From IMG/VR virus record IMGVR_UViG_3300045988_078221: a DNA stretch of 17,880 nt, one strand, 5' to 3'. This stretch comes from a virus. Position 1 is the first letter of the stretch. Each line of letters starts with the position of its first letter. The position numbers were made by a program, and so were the translations under genes. A model generated the notes under the pieces. It searched no databases. It saw only the letters and a list, made by a program, of their open reading frames with translations, and was not told the origin of the DNA. This document shows positions 10,089 through 17,875 of this stretch, piece by piece.

Positions 10089-11045
10089 ATGAGTAGGTCT
10101 AAAAAGAGTCGAATCGGCGGTGCGCTGCATCCTCGCGGCAATTACGCGAAAACACGTGCCGCCACACTCGACGACATGTATCTTCACTTGCTGATGGAAT
10201 TGGCGTTGAACCGGTTCAGCTGGCGTGGACTGCCCCCCACCGTGGACGAGCGCTGGCTGGAGATATGTCTCTGTGAATACGGGTGCGCACTGTTTTTCGA
10301 AGACAAGCGCATCGGCAGATTCCTTGTCACGCAGGCCGGATATCAAGGGCGACTGAACGTATACAACAATCCCACCATGTTCGAGCCGGTAGGCGTCAAC
10401 TACCACTACCGGCAGCTCAAGGCCGGAGTGGAATGCATTCCGATCTGGGATAACCGCATGCGCGTCGGATTCAAACCGACGTTATGGCAGTACGCGCGAC
10501 GCCTCGCTGATATCGATAAGGCGTATGACGTGAATCTGGAGAGCCTGAAACTACCGACCATCATTACAGCCGACCAGCGTACGAAACTTACCGTCCAGAA
10601 CATGTTGCAGCAGCGGCAAGACGGTCAGGATTATATTATCGGATATGATTCGCTGGACCCCGGTTCGATGTTTCAACCGTGGCCCAACACTACGCCTTAT
10701 CTACTGGATAAATTCATCCAACAAAAAACTCAGGTGACCAATGAGGTATTGGGGTACTTGGGTATCCAATCCAGTGGCACCGAAAAAAAAGAGCGGCTTA
10801 TCTCCGACGAGGTGGCTCAGGCCAACGAAAAAGTGGACGTGTTTCGATTGAGTTTCCTCAAGGCAAGGCAGGCGGCGGCGACCGAAATCAACCGGCTGTG
10901 GCCGCAGCTTGACATTTGGGTGGAATACGCCGACGCGCAGTCCTCCGGCGTACCTAACGCACTCCAGTCCGACAAGAGCTATTTCGAGACAACCAGCACT
11001 GACACGCCGGAACCGGAGAACAATGGTATCGGGGGAGTACTATGA
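10089..11045 (+). CDS. Portal / head-tail connector (upper collar, phi29 gp10-like)
   Basis: FSWRGLPPTVDERWLE matches phi29 FEWENLPPTINPSFLE, and LGIQSSGTEKKERLISDEV matches phi29 LGIKNANLEKKERMVTDEV. The size (318 aa) and the basic N-terminus (MSRSKKSR) are similar to gp10. Confidence 0.92.
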   Translation: MSRSKKSRIGGALHPRGNYAKTRAATLDDMYLHLLMELALNRFSWRGLPPTVDERWLEICLCEYGCALFFEDKRIGRFLVTQAGYQGRLNVYNNPTMFEPVGVNYHYRQLKAGVECIPIWDNRMRVGFKPTLWQYARRLADIDKAYDVNLESLKLPTIITADQRTKLTVQNMLQQRQDGQDYIIGYDSLDPGSMFQPWPNTTPYLLDKFIQQKTQVTNEVLGYLGIQSSGTEKKERLISDEVAQANEKVDVFRLSFLKARQAAATEINRLWPQLDIWVEYADAQSSGVPNALQSDKSYFETTSTDTPEPENNGIGGVL

Positions 11046-11836
11046 CACAGGATTTTACGGCTTATGCAATGGAAACGCCCGGCGAGTACACCGAAACCCT
11101 CGGCAATCTCATTGCGCTTGGATACGATACGGATGATAAACTCCATCTGTCCGCCGACTATTATCCGATTTACGACGAAACCCATCGCACCGAACTGAAC
11201 GAGAAAATCATCCGCCATTACGCGCTGAGGGAGATCGGACAGGAAACCGCCCAGCAATTCATCTTTTACCTAGGCATGACGATGGCGGAAATCATGCCTT
11301 ATTTCAACGAGCGCTACAAAACGCTCGACATGGAATACAATCCGCTACAATCCGTGGACATGACGACGGACAGCGAAAACGGCAGCGAATCCCAATCGTC
11401 CAGCAAGGCATCCAGCACTCAGGACTCGACTAGCAGCAGCAGCAGCAAGTCAGATAATGCCAGCACCACAACGTCAAAAAGCTTTGACAGTGACGTGCCT
11501 CAAACCGGTGTCGTAGGCGATTTCGCACGATACGCCTCACACGCAAACGAATCACAGGCGGACAGCAGCGGCACCGCCTCCAGCTCACAGGACTCGGCCA
11601 GTCACGCCACATCACACAGCGCGACCGACTACCAGCATGATGCAAGCAACTCCAAGGGCAAAAGCCATGTGAGCGGCAGAAGCCAGAGCGCCATGAGCCT
11701 CGTACAGGAATACCGGAACGCCATTATCAACGTGGACATGGAGATCGTGCGCAGCCTTGAGCCATGTTTCATGCAATTGTGGGGGTCATATGATACTATT
11801 TTTAGCAACTGCCATAACTACGGAGAATGGGAGTAA
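11042..11836 (+). CDS. Lower collar protein (phi29 gp11-like) with a long Ser/Thr-rich insert
   Basis: ATGA overlap with the portal gene stop. YPIYDETHRTELNEKIIRHYALREIGQET...MAEIMPYFNERYKTL resembles the conserved N-terminal region of gp11-type proteins. The position is also syntenic. Confidence 0.75.
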   Translation: MTQDFTAYAMETPGEYTETLGNLIALGYDTDDKLHLSADYYPIYDETHRTELNEKIIRHYALREIGQETAQQFIFYLGMTMAEIMPYFNERYKTLDMEYNPLQSVDMTTDSENGSESQSSSKASSTQDSTSSSSSKSDNASTTTSKSFDSDVPQTGVVGDFARYASHANESQADSSGTASSSQDSASHATSHSATDYQHDASNSKGKSHVSGRSQSAMSLVQEYRNAIINVDMEIVRSLEPCFMQLWGSYDTIFSNCHNYGEWE

Positions 11837-13410
11837 ACACTATGAATTCGTCTAATCCGACCATTCCTAGCCTGATTCGCCCCGTCGTGCCCACGTCGGT
11901 GCCATTCACGTACCGCGACGGTCTGACCATGCTTCAGCTGATTGAGTGTCTCAAGCACAATCTTGACAGGTTGCAGGAGTATGTGAACGGCGTCATGGAC
12001 AACGTTAACAAGGCATTGAAAGATCAGACCACGCAAAATCAGGACACATTGGACAAGGCGCAGCAGGCCGCACAGGACGCAGCCGACGCCGTCAAGCAAG
12101 CTCAGCATGCGCTCGGCCAGTACCAGAATATCGTGGACAGCGTCAATAACGCGATTACCACCGCAAACGCGGCCATCGACCGGCTGGAAGCGCTGGGAGT
12201 GACCGACCACGAAACGGCAACGGCACTTAAAAACACCATTCAGCAGACCGCAACCGACTTGGCCGCGCTGACAGAGCGCGTAACCACAGCAGAGGGCAAT
12301 ATTACAGAGCTACAGACTAAAGACACGGAAATTGAAAACAATTTAACCAGCACCACTTCGATGGCCCAGATCAACAAGGCCGATATAGCGAATATCAACG
12401 CGAATCTGAATGCGTTGCACGCAAACACAGCGTCCGACGCGGAAAATTTATACAACACCGTACAGAAATTGGATAATTCTAACCATCTTGTCATTATCGG
12501 GGACAGTTTTTCGACCAGCGCCCGCGAGGATGTGTGGTGGGCTAATCTGCCTGAAAATTGCAAGCACCTCGAAGTGCATAATTATGCAGTCGGAGGTACG
12601 GGGTTCATCCAAGATTCGGGGACGAATCCGGGGAATACGTTTACGCAGCAAATAGACAAGGCCATAGCAGACGCAACATTCCCTAACGACAGGGTGTCTC
12701 ACGTTATTATTTACGGCGGGTATAACGACTGGACTTACGGGAAAACCGCCGAGGATGAAAAAAGTGCCGTGCGCGCCGCCTACATGAATGCTGTAAGCAA
12801 CTTCCCTAACGCGAACGTCATATTATGCTTTGGCAATATTGGTATGGCAAATGGCGTTAAAAAATATAATACATGGAAGAACTGGGTTAAGGTAGTACAA
12901 GGTTCTTTGTACACCAACGGTGTGCCATTTGTGCAGAGTGATTTATGGCTTGTCGGATATACCCCCACAGTATTCGAGGGAGACGAACTACACCCCAATA
13001 ATATCGGAGAGGGTATTATATGCTCGCACATGGCGGCACTGATAATGGGATGGCAGACAAGCGGCGAACGTCTCATTACCCAAAAAGGCGATTCCAGCAC
13101 AATGAATTACGTCGAAATGTGGTATAACGACTTGACAGGCATCGTATCGCTGTACGGGAAGCAGTCGCCCGCCGGCTTGACCGGCACGGGACAACAGATG
13201 TTGCTTGACTTGGGAGGCTACCCGCCGATCATCGGCAACAAGGATAATCCGCTGTTCGGCTGTGCGTGGTATATGAGTGGCGCTCAGGCCGGCAAAGTTC
13301 GTTCCGTCTGCTTCTCCCCCGTCAACAAACGTGTTTACGTCAATATCAGCGAGGCGTTTACCAACCCCTCGACGCTTACTGTTTATTTCAATTGCCATTA
13401 TCACGTCTAA
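11827..13410 (+). CDS. Tail appendage / receptor-binding protein: N-terminal anchor + coiled coil + SGNH (GDSL) esterase domain + C-terminal beta-rich domain
   Basis: All SGNH blocks are readable: IIGDSFS (block I), AVGGTG (II), YGGYND (III) and GDELHPN (V). Residues ~45-215 are heptad-like and Q/A/N/T-rich. The gene occupies the position of phi29 gp12. ATG 11842 is an alternative start (GGGAG 8 nt upstream). Confidence 0.8.
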   Translation: MGVNTMNSSNPTIPSLIRPVVPTSVPFTYRDGLTMLQLIECLKHNLDRLQEYVNGVMDNVNKALKDQTTQNQDTLDKAQQAAQDAADAVKQAQHALGQYQNIVDSVNNAITTANAAIDRLEALGVTDHETATALKNTIQQTATDLAALTERVTTAEGNITELQTKDTEIENNLTSTTSMAQINKADIANINANLNALHANTASDAENLYNTVQKLDNSNHLVIIGDSFSTSAREDVWWANLPENCKHLEVHNYAVGGTGFIQDSGTNPGNTFTQQIDKAIADATFPNDRVSHVIIYGGYNDWTYGKTAEDEKSAVRAAYMNAVSNFPNANVILCFGNIGMANGVKKYNTWKNWVKVVQGSLYTNGVPFVQSDLWLVGYTPTVFEGDELHPNNIGEGIICSHMAALIMGWQTSGERLITQKGDSSTMNYVEMWYNDLTGIVSLYGKQSPAGLTGTGQQMLLDLGGYPPIIGNKDNPLFGCAWYMSGAQAGKVRSVCFSPVNKRVYVNISEAFTNPSTLTVYFNCHYHV

Positions 13411-13440
13411 TACGTCTATCGTACCCCACTGCTCACCGCC

Positions 13441-14724
13441 GTGGGGTATACTATTATCATGGATAATACCGCATACTACGCCATGTACGTTATAGGCACT
13501 GTGGAGAGCAATTGCGATTGGGGCGCTTGCAATTACGTTGACGCGATCACCATGGGCATGATGCAATGGTACGGTACACGTGCCCGCGATCTCCTGAAAC
13601 GAGGACGCACTACCGACCCCGACGGATGGAGCACGTTCGCCGCAGCCGCGCCCACACTCGCCCAGCAGGTACAGGACAATACTATTAACTGGACGGCACG
13701 CTACCTAACCATGGCAGAGGGCAACGCTTGGAAGGTTTGGGCGCAACATGCTCAGAATCATATGTTCCAGGAAGCGCAGTGGGAGGATGACTGGAAGGGG
13801 TACATGTCCACTATGGACAGGTACGGTTTCCCGGCGGGCAGCGTGAAAGAGCGCATACTGTGGGCGAGTGCCTACCATCAGTCTCCCGCGCGGGCGCAGC
13901 GCGTACTGGCGTCATGCTCTGCGACGGCCACGCTCAAACTGTTGTACACCACCATTCTGGCGGACGGCGTACTGGGGCAGTATCGCAATCGATACACCAC
14001 CGTCTATAATCTGCTCAAAGCATGGGACGGCACGTCTGCGCCGCCCGATTTTGGCCAAACCTCCAGCCCGTCGGACACGCCGGGAGGCGATCACCCCGGC
14101 ATCGAAGGCAGTCCAGCGAGTACCGCGTGGATACAATTGCACGGCGATAATCTCATCTACCGTGCAGACGACACTACGGCAATATTTGTCAAAAGCTCGG
14201 CACAGACGTGGGTGTACAAGACTTCCGAATCGACCAAACCGGGCGGCGGCCAGACTTCAGGCGGGTCAAGCTCCGGCAGCAGCAGCAAAGACGCCCAGCG
14301 CGTCGTGGAGTGGTTGCGGGCACGAATCGGCAAATACGCCTACTCGCAGGGCGGCGGACGATTGGACCCGGACAGTTCCGGTTATGGCGACTGTAGTTCG
14401 GTATGCTGGAGGGCGTACCAGAATGTGCTGGGCATTGATGTGGGCACATGGACAGGAGCCATGGCAGGCAAAGGTCGGCGCGTGTGTGGCAGTTCGGACA
14501 CGTCCATAGCGGACGCCATTGCCAAAGCCCATGCGGCCGATCTGCTCTTGCTGGACTGGGGTGCATACACACAGTCATGGGACCATGTAGAGATGTTCAC
14601 TACGGACGGCAAGGATGAGGCATTGTCTCACGGCGGACCGGGAAACGGACCGAATTTGCGTGTGGCGTCGGACGCGATGCATAGGGCAAGTCGGTGGGAG
14701 ATACGTCGATATATCACCGACTAG
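13441..14724 (+). CDS. Tail-associated peptidoglycan hydrolase (phi29 gp13 analogue): lysozyme-like N-domain + NlpC/P60 (CHAP-like) C-domain
   Basis: The N-terminal GTVESNCDW...GMMQWYG resembles phi29 gp13 GNMQSEST...GLVQWT. A Gly/Ser linker (GGGQTSGGSSSGSSS) follows. The C-domain carries GYGDCSSVCWRAY (catalytic Cys) and WDHVEMF (His). The start is uncertain (GTG 13441 or ATG 13459). Confidence 0.8.
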   Translation: MGYTIIMDNTAYYAMYVIGTVESNCDWGACNYVDAITMGMMQWYGTRARDLLKRGRTTDPDGWSTFAAAAPTLAQQVQDNTINWTARYLTMAEGNAWKVWAQHAQNHMFQEAQWEDDWKGYMSTMDRYGFPAGSVKERILWASAYHQSPARAQRVLASCSATATLKLLYTTILADGVLGQYRNRYTTVYNLLKAWDGTSAPPDFGQTSSPSDTPGGDHPGIEGSPASTAWIQLHGDNLIYRADDTTAIFVKSSAQTWVYKTSESTKPGGGQTSGGSSSGSSSKDAQRVVEWLRARIGKYAYSQGGGRLDPDSSGYGDCSSVCWRAYQNVLGIDVGTWTGAMAGKGRRVCGSSDTSIADAIAKAHAADLLLLDWGAYTQSWDHVEMFTTDGKDEALSHGGPGNGPNLRVASDAMHRASRWEIRRYITD

Positions 14725-14761
14725 CGCACCGCCGAACCGGTAGACATCCCCCGTTTTTTCC

Positions 14762-15883
14762 ATGTTCCGTGATATAATGCATGGCATGGAGAGGATTCTT
14801 GACGAAAATGACTATTACGACTATGGTCGTGTCCTCTCGTATCATGCTCCGTGGATGTTCGTTATAGGCGCACGTGGCCTCGGGAAAACCTATGGTGCCA
14901 AAAAACTGGTCATAGGTGATTGGATTAAAAAACGATGGCAGTTCATTTATCTGCGTCGCACCGCCGAAGAGCAGAAAAATAAGGGTACGTGGTTTGCGGA
15001 CATTGCGGAACGATACCCGGAATTGGAATTTCGCGTGTCCGGCAATCAGGCCGAATGTCACTGGCTGGACGATAGAGATGCTACCACTGACAAGCATGGT
15101 AAGAAACGTCCCACATGGCATATCATGGGGTACTTCATCGCCTTATCGCAGGCCGGACAGGTGAAATCGGTGGCCTACCCCAAGGTGCGCACTATTGTTT
15201 TCGATGAAATATTCCCAGACAACATGCGCTACCTTGGCGGAGAGGTCACGGCGCTGGAGGAGTTTTATAATACGGTTGATCGGTGGAACGATAGGGTGAG
15301 GGTTATCATGTGCAGCAATGCAGTAACCCTTGCCAACCCGTATTTTTCGGCATTCAATATCAATCTGAAACCGCAGTTGGACAATCACACGCAATATCAA
15401 CGGTATTGTGACGGGTTTATCATGGTGGAATTGGCCGATTATGGCGGGTTCAGTGCAAAGGTTGCAACGTCGGAGTTCGGACAATTTTTACGCAAATATG
15501 ACGAGAATTATGCGAATTATGCGATCAACAATGATTTTAGAGACAACGTTAATGCTCTCATCAGTGATTTCAGTAACGCCGGCTATGCATTCTCGCTCAG
15601 AACCTCTGAATATGGTATTTTTAATATATATCAGCAGTTAAGCGATACTGACGAAGTATTGTATATAATAACCAAAAAGAGACCGAAAATCACCCGCGAT
15701 TTTACGTTTGATTATCGACTGGTTGACAGTGATTGTATCATGCTCAAACGTTCGGACGACATGGCTCAGAAAATATTAAATGCTTATCGTGTGGGCAGAC
15801 TACGTTTTGAAACACCGCAAATAAAAGCGGGATTTAGTATGATCCTTGGCGGCCTGTTACAACAATCAGGAATAAGAAAGTGA
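14762..15883 (+). CDS. DNA encapsidation (packaging) ATPase, phi29 gp16-like
   Basis: Four segments match phi29 gp16 as I recall it:
- VLSYHAPWMFVIGARGLGKTY (phi29 MLSYDRILNFVIGARGIGKSY, Walker A);
- FIYLRRT (phi29 FIYVRRY);
- TIVFDEIF (Walker B; phi29 TIVFDEFI);
- CSNAVTLANPYFSAFNI (phi29 LSNAVSVVNPYFLFFNL).
The start could be 14762, 14777 or 14786. Confidence 0.93.
   Translation: MFRDIMHGMERILDENDYYDYGRVLSYHAPWMFVIGARGLGKTYGAKKLVIGDWIKKRWQFIYLRRTAEEQKNKGTWFADIAERYPELEFRVSGNQAECHWLDDRDATTDKHGKKRPTWHIMGYFIALSQAGQVKSVAYPKVRTIVFDEIFPDNMRYLGGEVTALEEFYNTVDRWNDRVRVIMCSNAVTLANPYFSAFNINLKPQLDNHTQYQRYCDGFIMVELADYGGFSAKVATSEFGQFLRKYDENYANYAINNDFRDNVNALISDFSNAGYAFSLRTSEYGIFNIYQQLSDTDEVLYIITKKRPKITRDFTFDYRLVDSDCIMLKRSDDMAQKILNAYRVGRLRFETPQIKAGFSMILGGLLQQSGIRK
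14770..14778 (+). promoter_or_regulatory. Perfect extended -10 element TGATATAAT at the 5' edge of the ATPase ORF
   Basis: Read directly from the sequence. The in-frame ATG at 14786 lies 7 nt after the hexamer. None of ATG 14762, 14777 or 14786 has a Shine-Dalgarno sequence, so a leaderless transcript is possible. Confidence 0.3.
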
Positions 15884-15893
15884 GGAAATATTC

Positions 15894-16259
15894 ATGCCAA
15901 TTCACGAACTAATTACAGTCGGCATCGTTTTTCTGCTGGTGCTGATAGACTATGTAACCGGAGCAGTGAATGCGATCATGCACAGAGAATTGTCCAGCGA
16001 AAGAATGCGGCAGGGCCTCGGCCATAAATTCGCTTATCTGGCGGTGATCTGCGTCGCATTGATTGTGGAATACGGTTCGGATTACATCAACCTCGGAATC
16101 GAGCTACCCGTATTCATCCCCGTGTGCGCCGGTATCTGCCTGATCGAAATCACATCAATCATGGAGAATTGTGTAAAAATCAACCCCGAACTATCCAACT
16201 CGAACATTCTCAACATTTTCAATATTAAAAGGAAAGAAAACGATGACAAGGAAAATTAA
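15894..16259 (+). CDS. Holin (Phage_holin_4_1 / LL-H-type, 3 predicted TM segments)
   Basis: RBS GAGGA lies 8 nt upstream. The LIDYVTGAVNAI...S...GL.HK ... IEITSIMENC pattern is typical of this holin family. There are three hydrophobic segments and a charged C-terminal tail (KRKENDDKEN). The gene is adjacent to, and overlaps, the endolysin gene. Confidence 0.82.
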   Translation: MPIHELITVGIVFLLVLIDYVTGAVNAIMHRELSSERMRQGLGHKFAYLAVICVALIVEYGSDYINLGIELPVFIPVCAGICLIEITSIMENCVKINPELSNSNILNIFNIKRKENDDKEN

Positions 16260-17304
16260 GACAAGCGCATACAGTGTAATTGCCGCAATCACAGCACTGT
16301 TGCTGGTATTCGTGCCATCCGCGAACGCGGCAGACATGATCGACGTATCCAGTTGGCAAACCGGTATCAACGTCACCACGTCCGGTGCGCAGATCGTCGT
16401 GACCAAAGCAACCGAAGGCACCAGCTATGTCAACCCGGACTGCAACCGCGTCGTACAAGATGCTCTTGCAGCTGGACAGGGCGTAGGAGTCTACCATTTC
16501 GCACACACCGAAAACAACCCCCGGCGCGAAGCTCAATACTTCATCAACCACACTCGCGGATATATTGGAAAAGGTATCGTGCCTATCCTCGACTGGGAGC
16601 CATCCGCCCCGTGGGATACCAGTTGGGCGCTCACATGGCTGCGCACCGTGGAAGCCGCATGGGGCACCAAACCAATAATCTACACATATCAGTACGTAGA
16701 AAATACATACAACTGGAGTAACGTAGTAGCAGGCAACTACGGTCTATGGATTGCCGCATATACACGAGGGGAAACGCCGATCTACGGCTTCAACCCACCA
16801 GACAGGCAGCCCACACTACGACACTGGCCGTTCGCCGTCGCATGGCAGTACACGGGCACCGGATATCTAAAAAACTGGCGTGGCCCCCTCGATCTCAGCG
16901 TAGTGTACGGCGACCTAAACACATGGCACGCATACGCAGGCAGCCGCCCGACCGCTTCTAACAAGCCCGCGCCCGCACTCAAACCCGCACCCAAACCGCA
17001 GCCCAGTACACCGGCAGCCAATTGTGTCGTCATCCAAAAAGGACAATATGTAAGTATGTTTTGGAGAGATTGGTGGAACGTTACCGTTCCTAGCAGGAAC
17101 CCGTCAATCGTATACCCCGGAGATAGGGCATGCCACCACGGAAGCGGCACCGCCGCTTCCACCACACGCCGCACGTACGTCGTACGATCTGGCGACACGC
17201 TGTCTGCAATCGCCAGACGGCTCGGAGTCAGCATATATAGTATCAAGGGGTATCGTTCTGGGAATATGAACCTGATTTATCCGGGTGAAGTGCTACGCTA
17301 TTAA
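16243..17304 (+). CDS. Endolysin: N-terminal Sec-type signal peptide + GH25 muramidase + Pro-rich linker + LysM
   Basis: - Signal peptide: MTRKIKTSAYSVIAAITALLLVFVPSANA|AD has n-, h- and c-regions with an AxA site.
- GH25 signatures: DVSSWQ, KATEGTSY, GVYHF, LDWE, WQYT.
- Linker: KPAPALKPAPKPQP.
- C-terminal LysM: YVVRSGDTLSAIARRLGVSIYSIKGYRSGNMNLIYPGEVL. Confidence 0.92.
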   Translation: MTRKIKTSAYSVIAAITALLLVFVPSANAADMIDVSSWQTGINVTTSGAQIVVTKATEGTSYVNPDCNRVVQDALAAGQGVGVYHFAHTENNPRREAQYFINHTRGYIGKGIVPILDWEPSAPWDTSWALTWLRTVEAAWGTKPIIYTYQYVENTYNWSNVVAGNYGLWIAAYTRGETPIYGFNPPDRQPTLRHWPFAVAWQYTGTGYLKNWRGPLDLSVVYGDLNTWHAYAGSRPTASNKPAPALKPAPKPQPSTPAANCVVIQKGQYVSMFWRDWWNVTVPSRNPSIVYPGDRACHHGSGTAASTTRRTYVVRSGDTLSAIARRLGVSIYSIKGYRSGNMNLIYPGEVLRY

Positions 17305-17322
17305 TGTCTCATTACCCAACTT

Positions 17323-17361
17323 ATAAAATCGCCCCCTAGGATGACTAGGGGGCGATTTTAT
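17323..17361. terminator. Bidirectional intrinsic terminator between the convergent endolysin gene and the right-end gene
   Basis: ATAAAATCGCCCCCTAG (17323-17339) pairs perfectly with CTAGGGGGCGATTTTAT (17345-17361), with a 5-nt loop. The GC-rich core is flanked by an A-run on one side and a T-run on the other. Confidence 0.88.
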
Positions 17362-17364
17362 TAA

Positions 17365-17550
17365 TCAATCCTCGATACGCTCGTCGTGCACCGCAACCTC
17401 AAAATAATCACGATACGACTCGACGCCCTCAAGAAGATACCTAACTAACAGATTATCTACGATAGCCCTAAGATTGTAGTCATCAACCCTTTCACCGCTG
17501 TTGCGGATGTAGGCAACAACCTCACGCATAATATCAGAACCACGAAGCAT
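17365..17550 (-). CDS. Hypothetical right-end early protein (61 aa), the only minus-strand gene
   Basis: Track ORF with AAAGGA 10 nt upstream of the ATG. It lies downstream of the mirrored ITR promoter-like element and ends 3 nt from the bidirectional terminator. No recognisable motif. Confidence 0.6.
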   Translation of the reverse strand: MLRGSDIMREVVAYIRNSGERVDDYNLRAIVDNLLVRYLLEGVESYRDYFEVAVHDERIED

Positions 17551-17593
17551 TTATTTACCATCCTTTTTTCCGTTACCCTTGCTGACACCACTA

Positions 17594-17602
17594 ATACTAG
17601 CA
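17594..17602 (-). promoter_or_regulatory. Candidate right early promoter, extended -10-like element TGCTAGTAT (minus strand)
   Basis: Reverse complement of ATACTAGCA. Mirror image of 278-286, positioned upstream of the only minus-strand gene. Confidence 0.4.
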
Positions 17603-17614
17603 CACAACAAAAAA

Positions 17615-17841
17615 CGACACGCCGAAGCGACAAAAAAAAACAGAGAAAAAATATACGCGCATAAACCACAGCAAAACCAAGCGCCCAAAAATTACAGAAC
17701 AAAACAGCACGCAAAAAACCGCGACAAAAAAAGAAAAATAAAATACACAACACAAGAAACACCAACAAAAAAATACAACACAACACACACACACACACAC
17801 ACAACGCAGCAGTGGAAAAAGCAATGCAGCTGGGAGGGCAC
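17615..17841. repeat. Right inverted terminal repeat (ITR)
   Basis: Reverse complement of 40-265 with one extra A in the homopolymer. Degenerate similarity continues inward to about 17558. Confidence 0.93.
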
Positions 17842-17875
17842 CTGTCTCTTATACACATCTCCGAGCCCACGAGAC
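17842..17875 (-). other. Synthetic Illumina Nextera adapter (reverse complement of 6-39)
   Basis: CTGTCTCTTATACACATCTCCGAGCCCACGAGAC is the exact reverse complement of the left-end adapter. Confidence 0.97.

Noticed and set aside
10207-10218. 12-bp perfect palindrome TGAACCGGTTCA in the portal gene
   Set aside because: Several 12-bp palindromes are expected by chance in this length. It is a single copy with no related sites.
9615-10406. 263-aa minus-strand ORF spanning the tail-knob/portal junction
   Set aside because: It is antisense to two genes with clear phi29 homology and has the composition typical of a GC-rich shadow frame.
12988-13566. 192-aa minus-strand ORF antisense to the appendage and hydrolase genes
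   Set aside because: It is antisense to ORFs with intact catalytic motifs, and nothing independent supports it.
13868-14509. 213-aa + strand alternative-frame ORF (Arg/Pro/Ala-rich) inside the tail hydrolase gene
   Set aside because: It is an out-of-frame overlap with a gene that has recognisable lysozyme-like and NlpC/P60 motifs. The composition is a typical off-frame artefact of GC-rich DNA.
17551-17870. Track ORFs 17457..17870 (-) and 17597..17824 (-)
   Set aside because: They are mirror images of the left-end ITR/adapter pseudo-ORFs, and the same reasoning applies.
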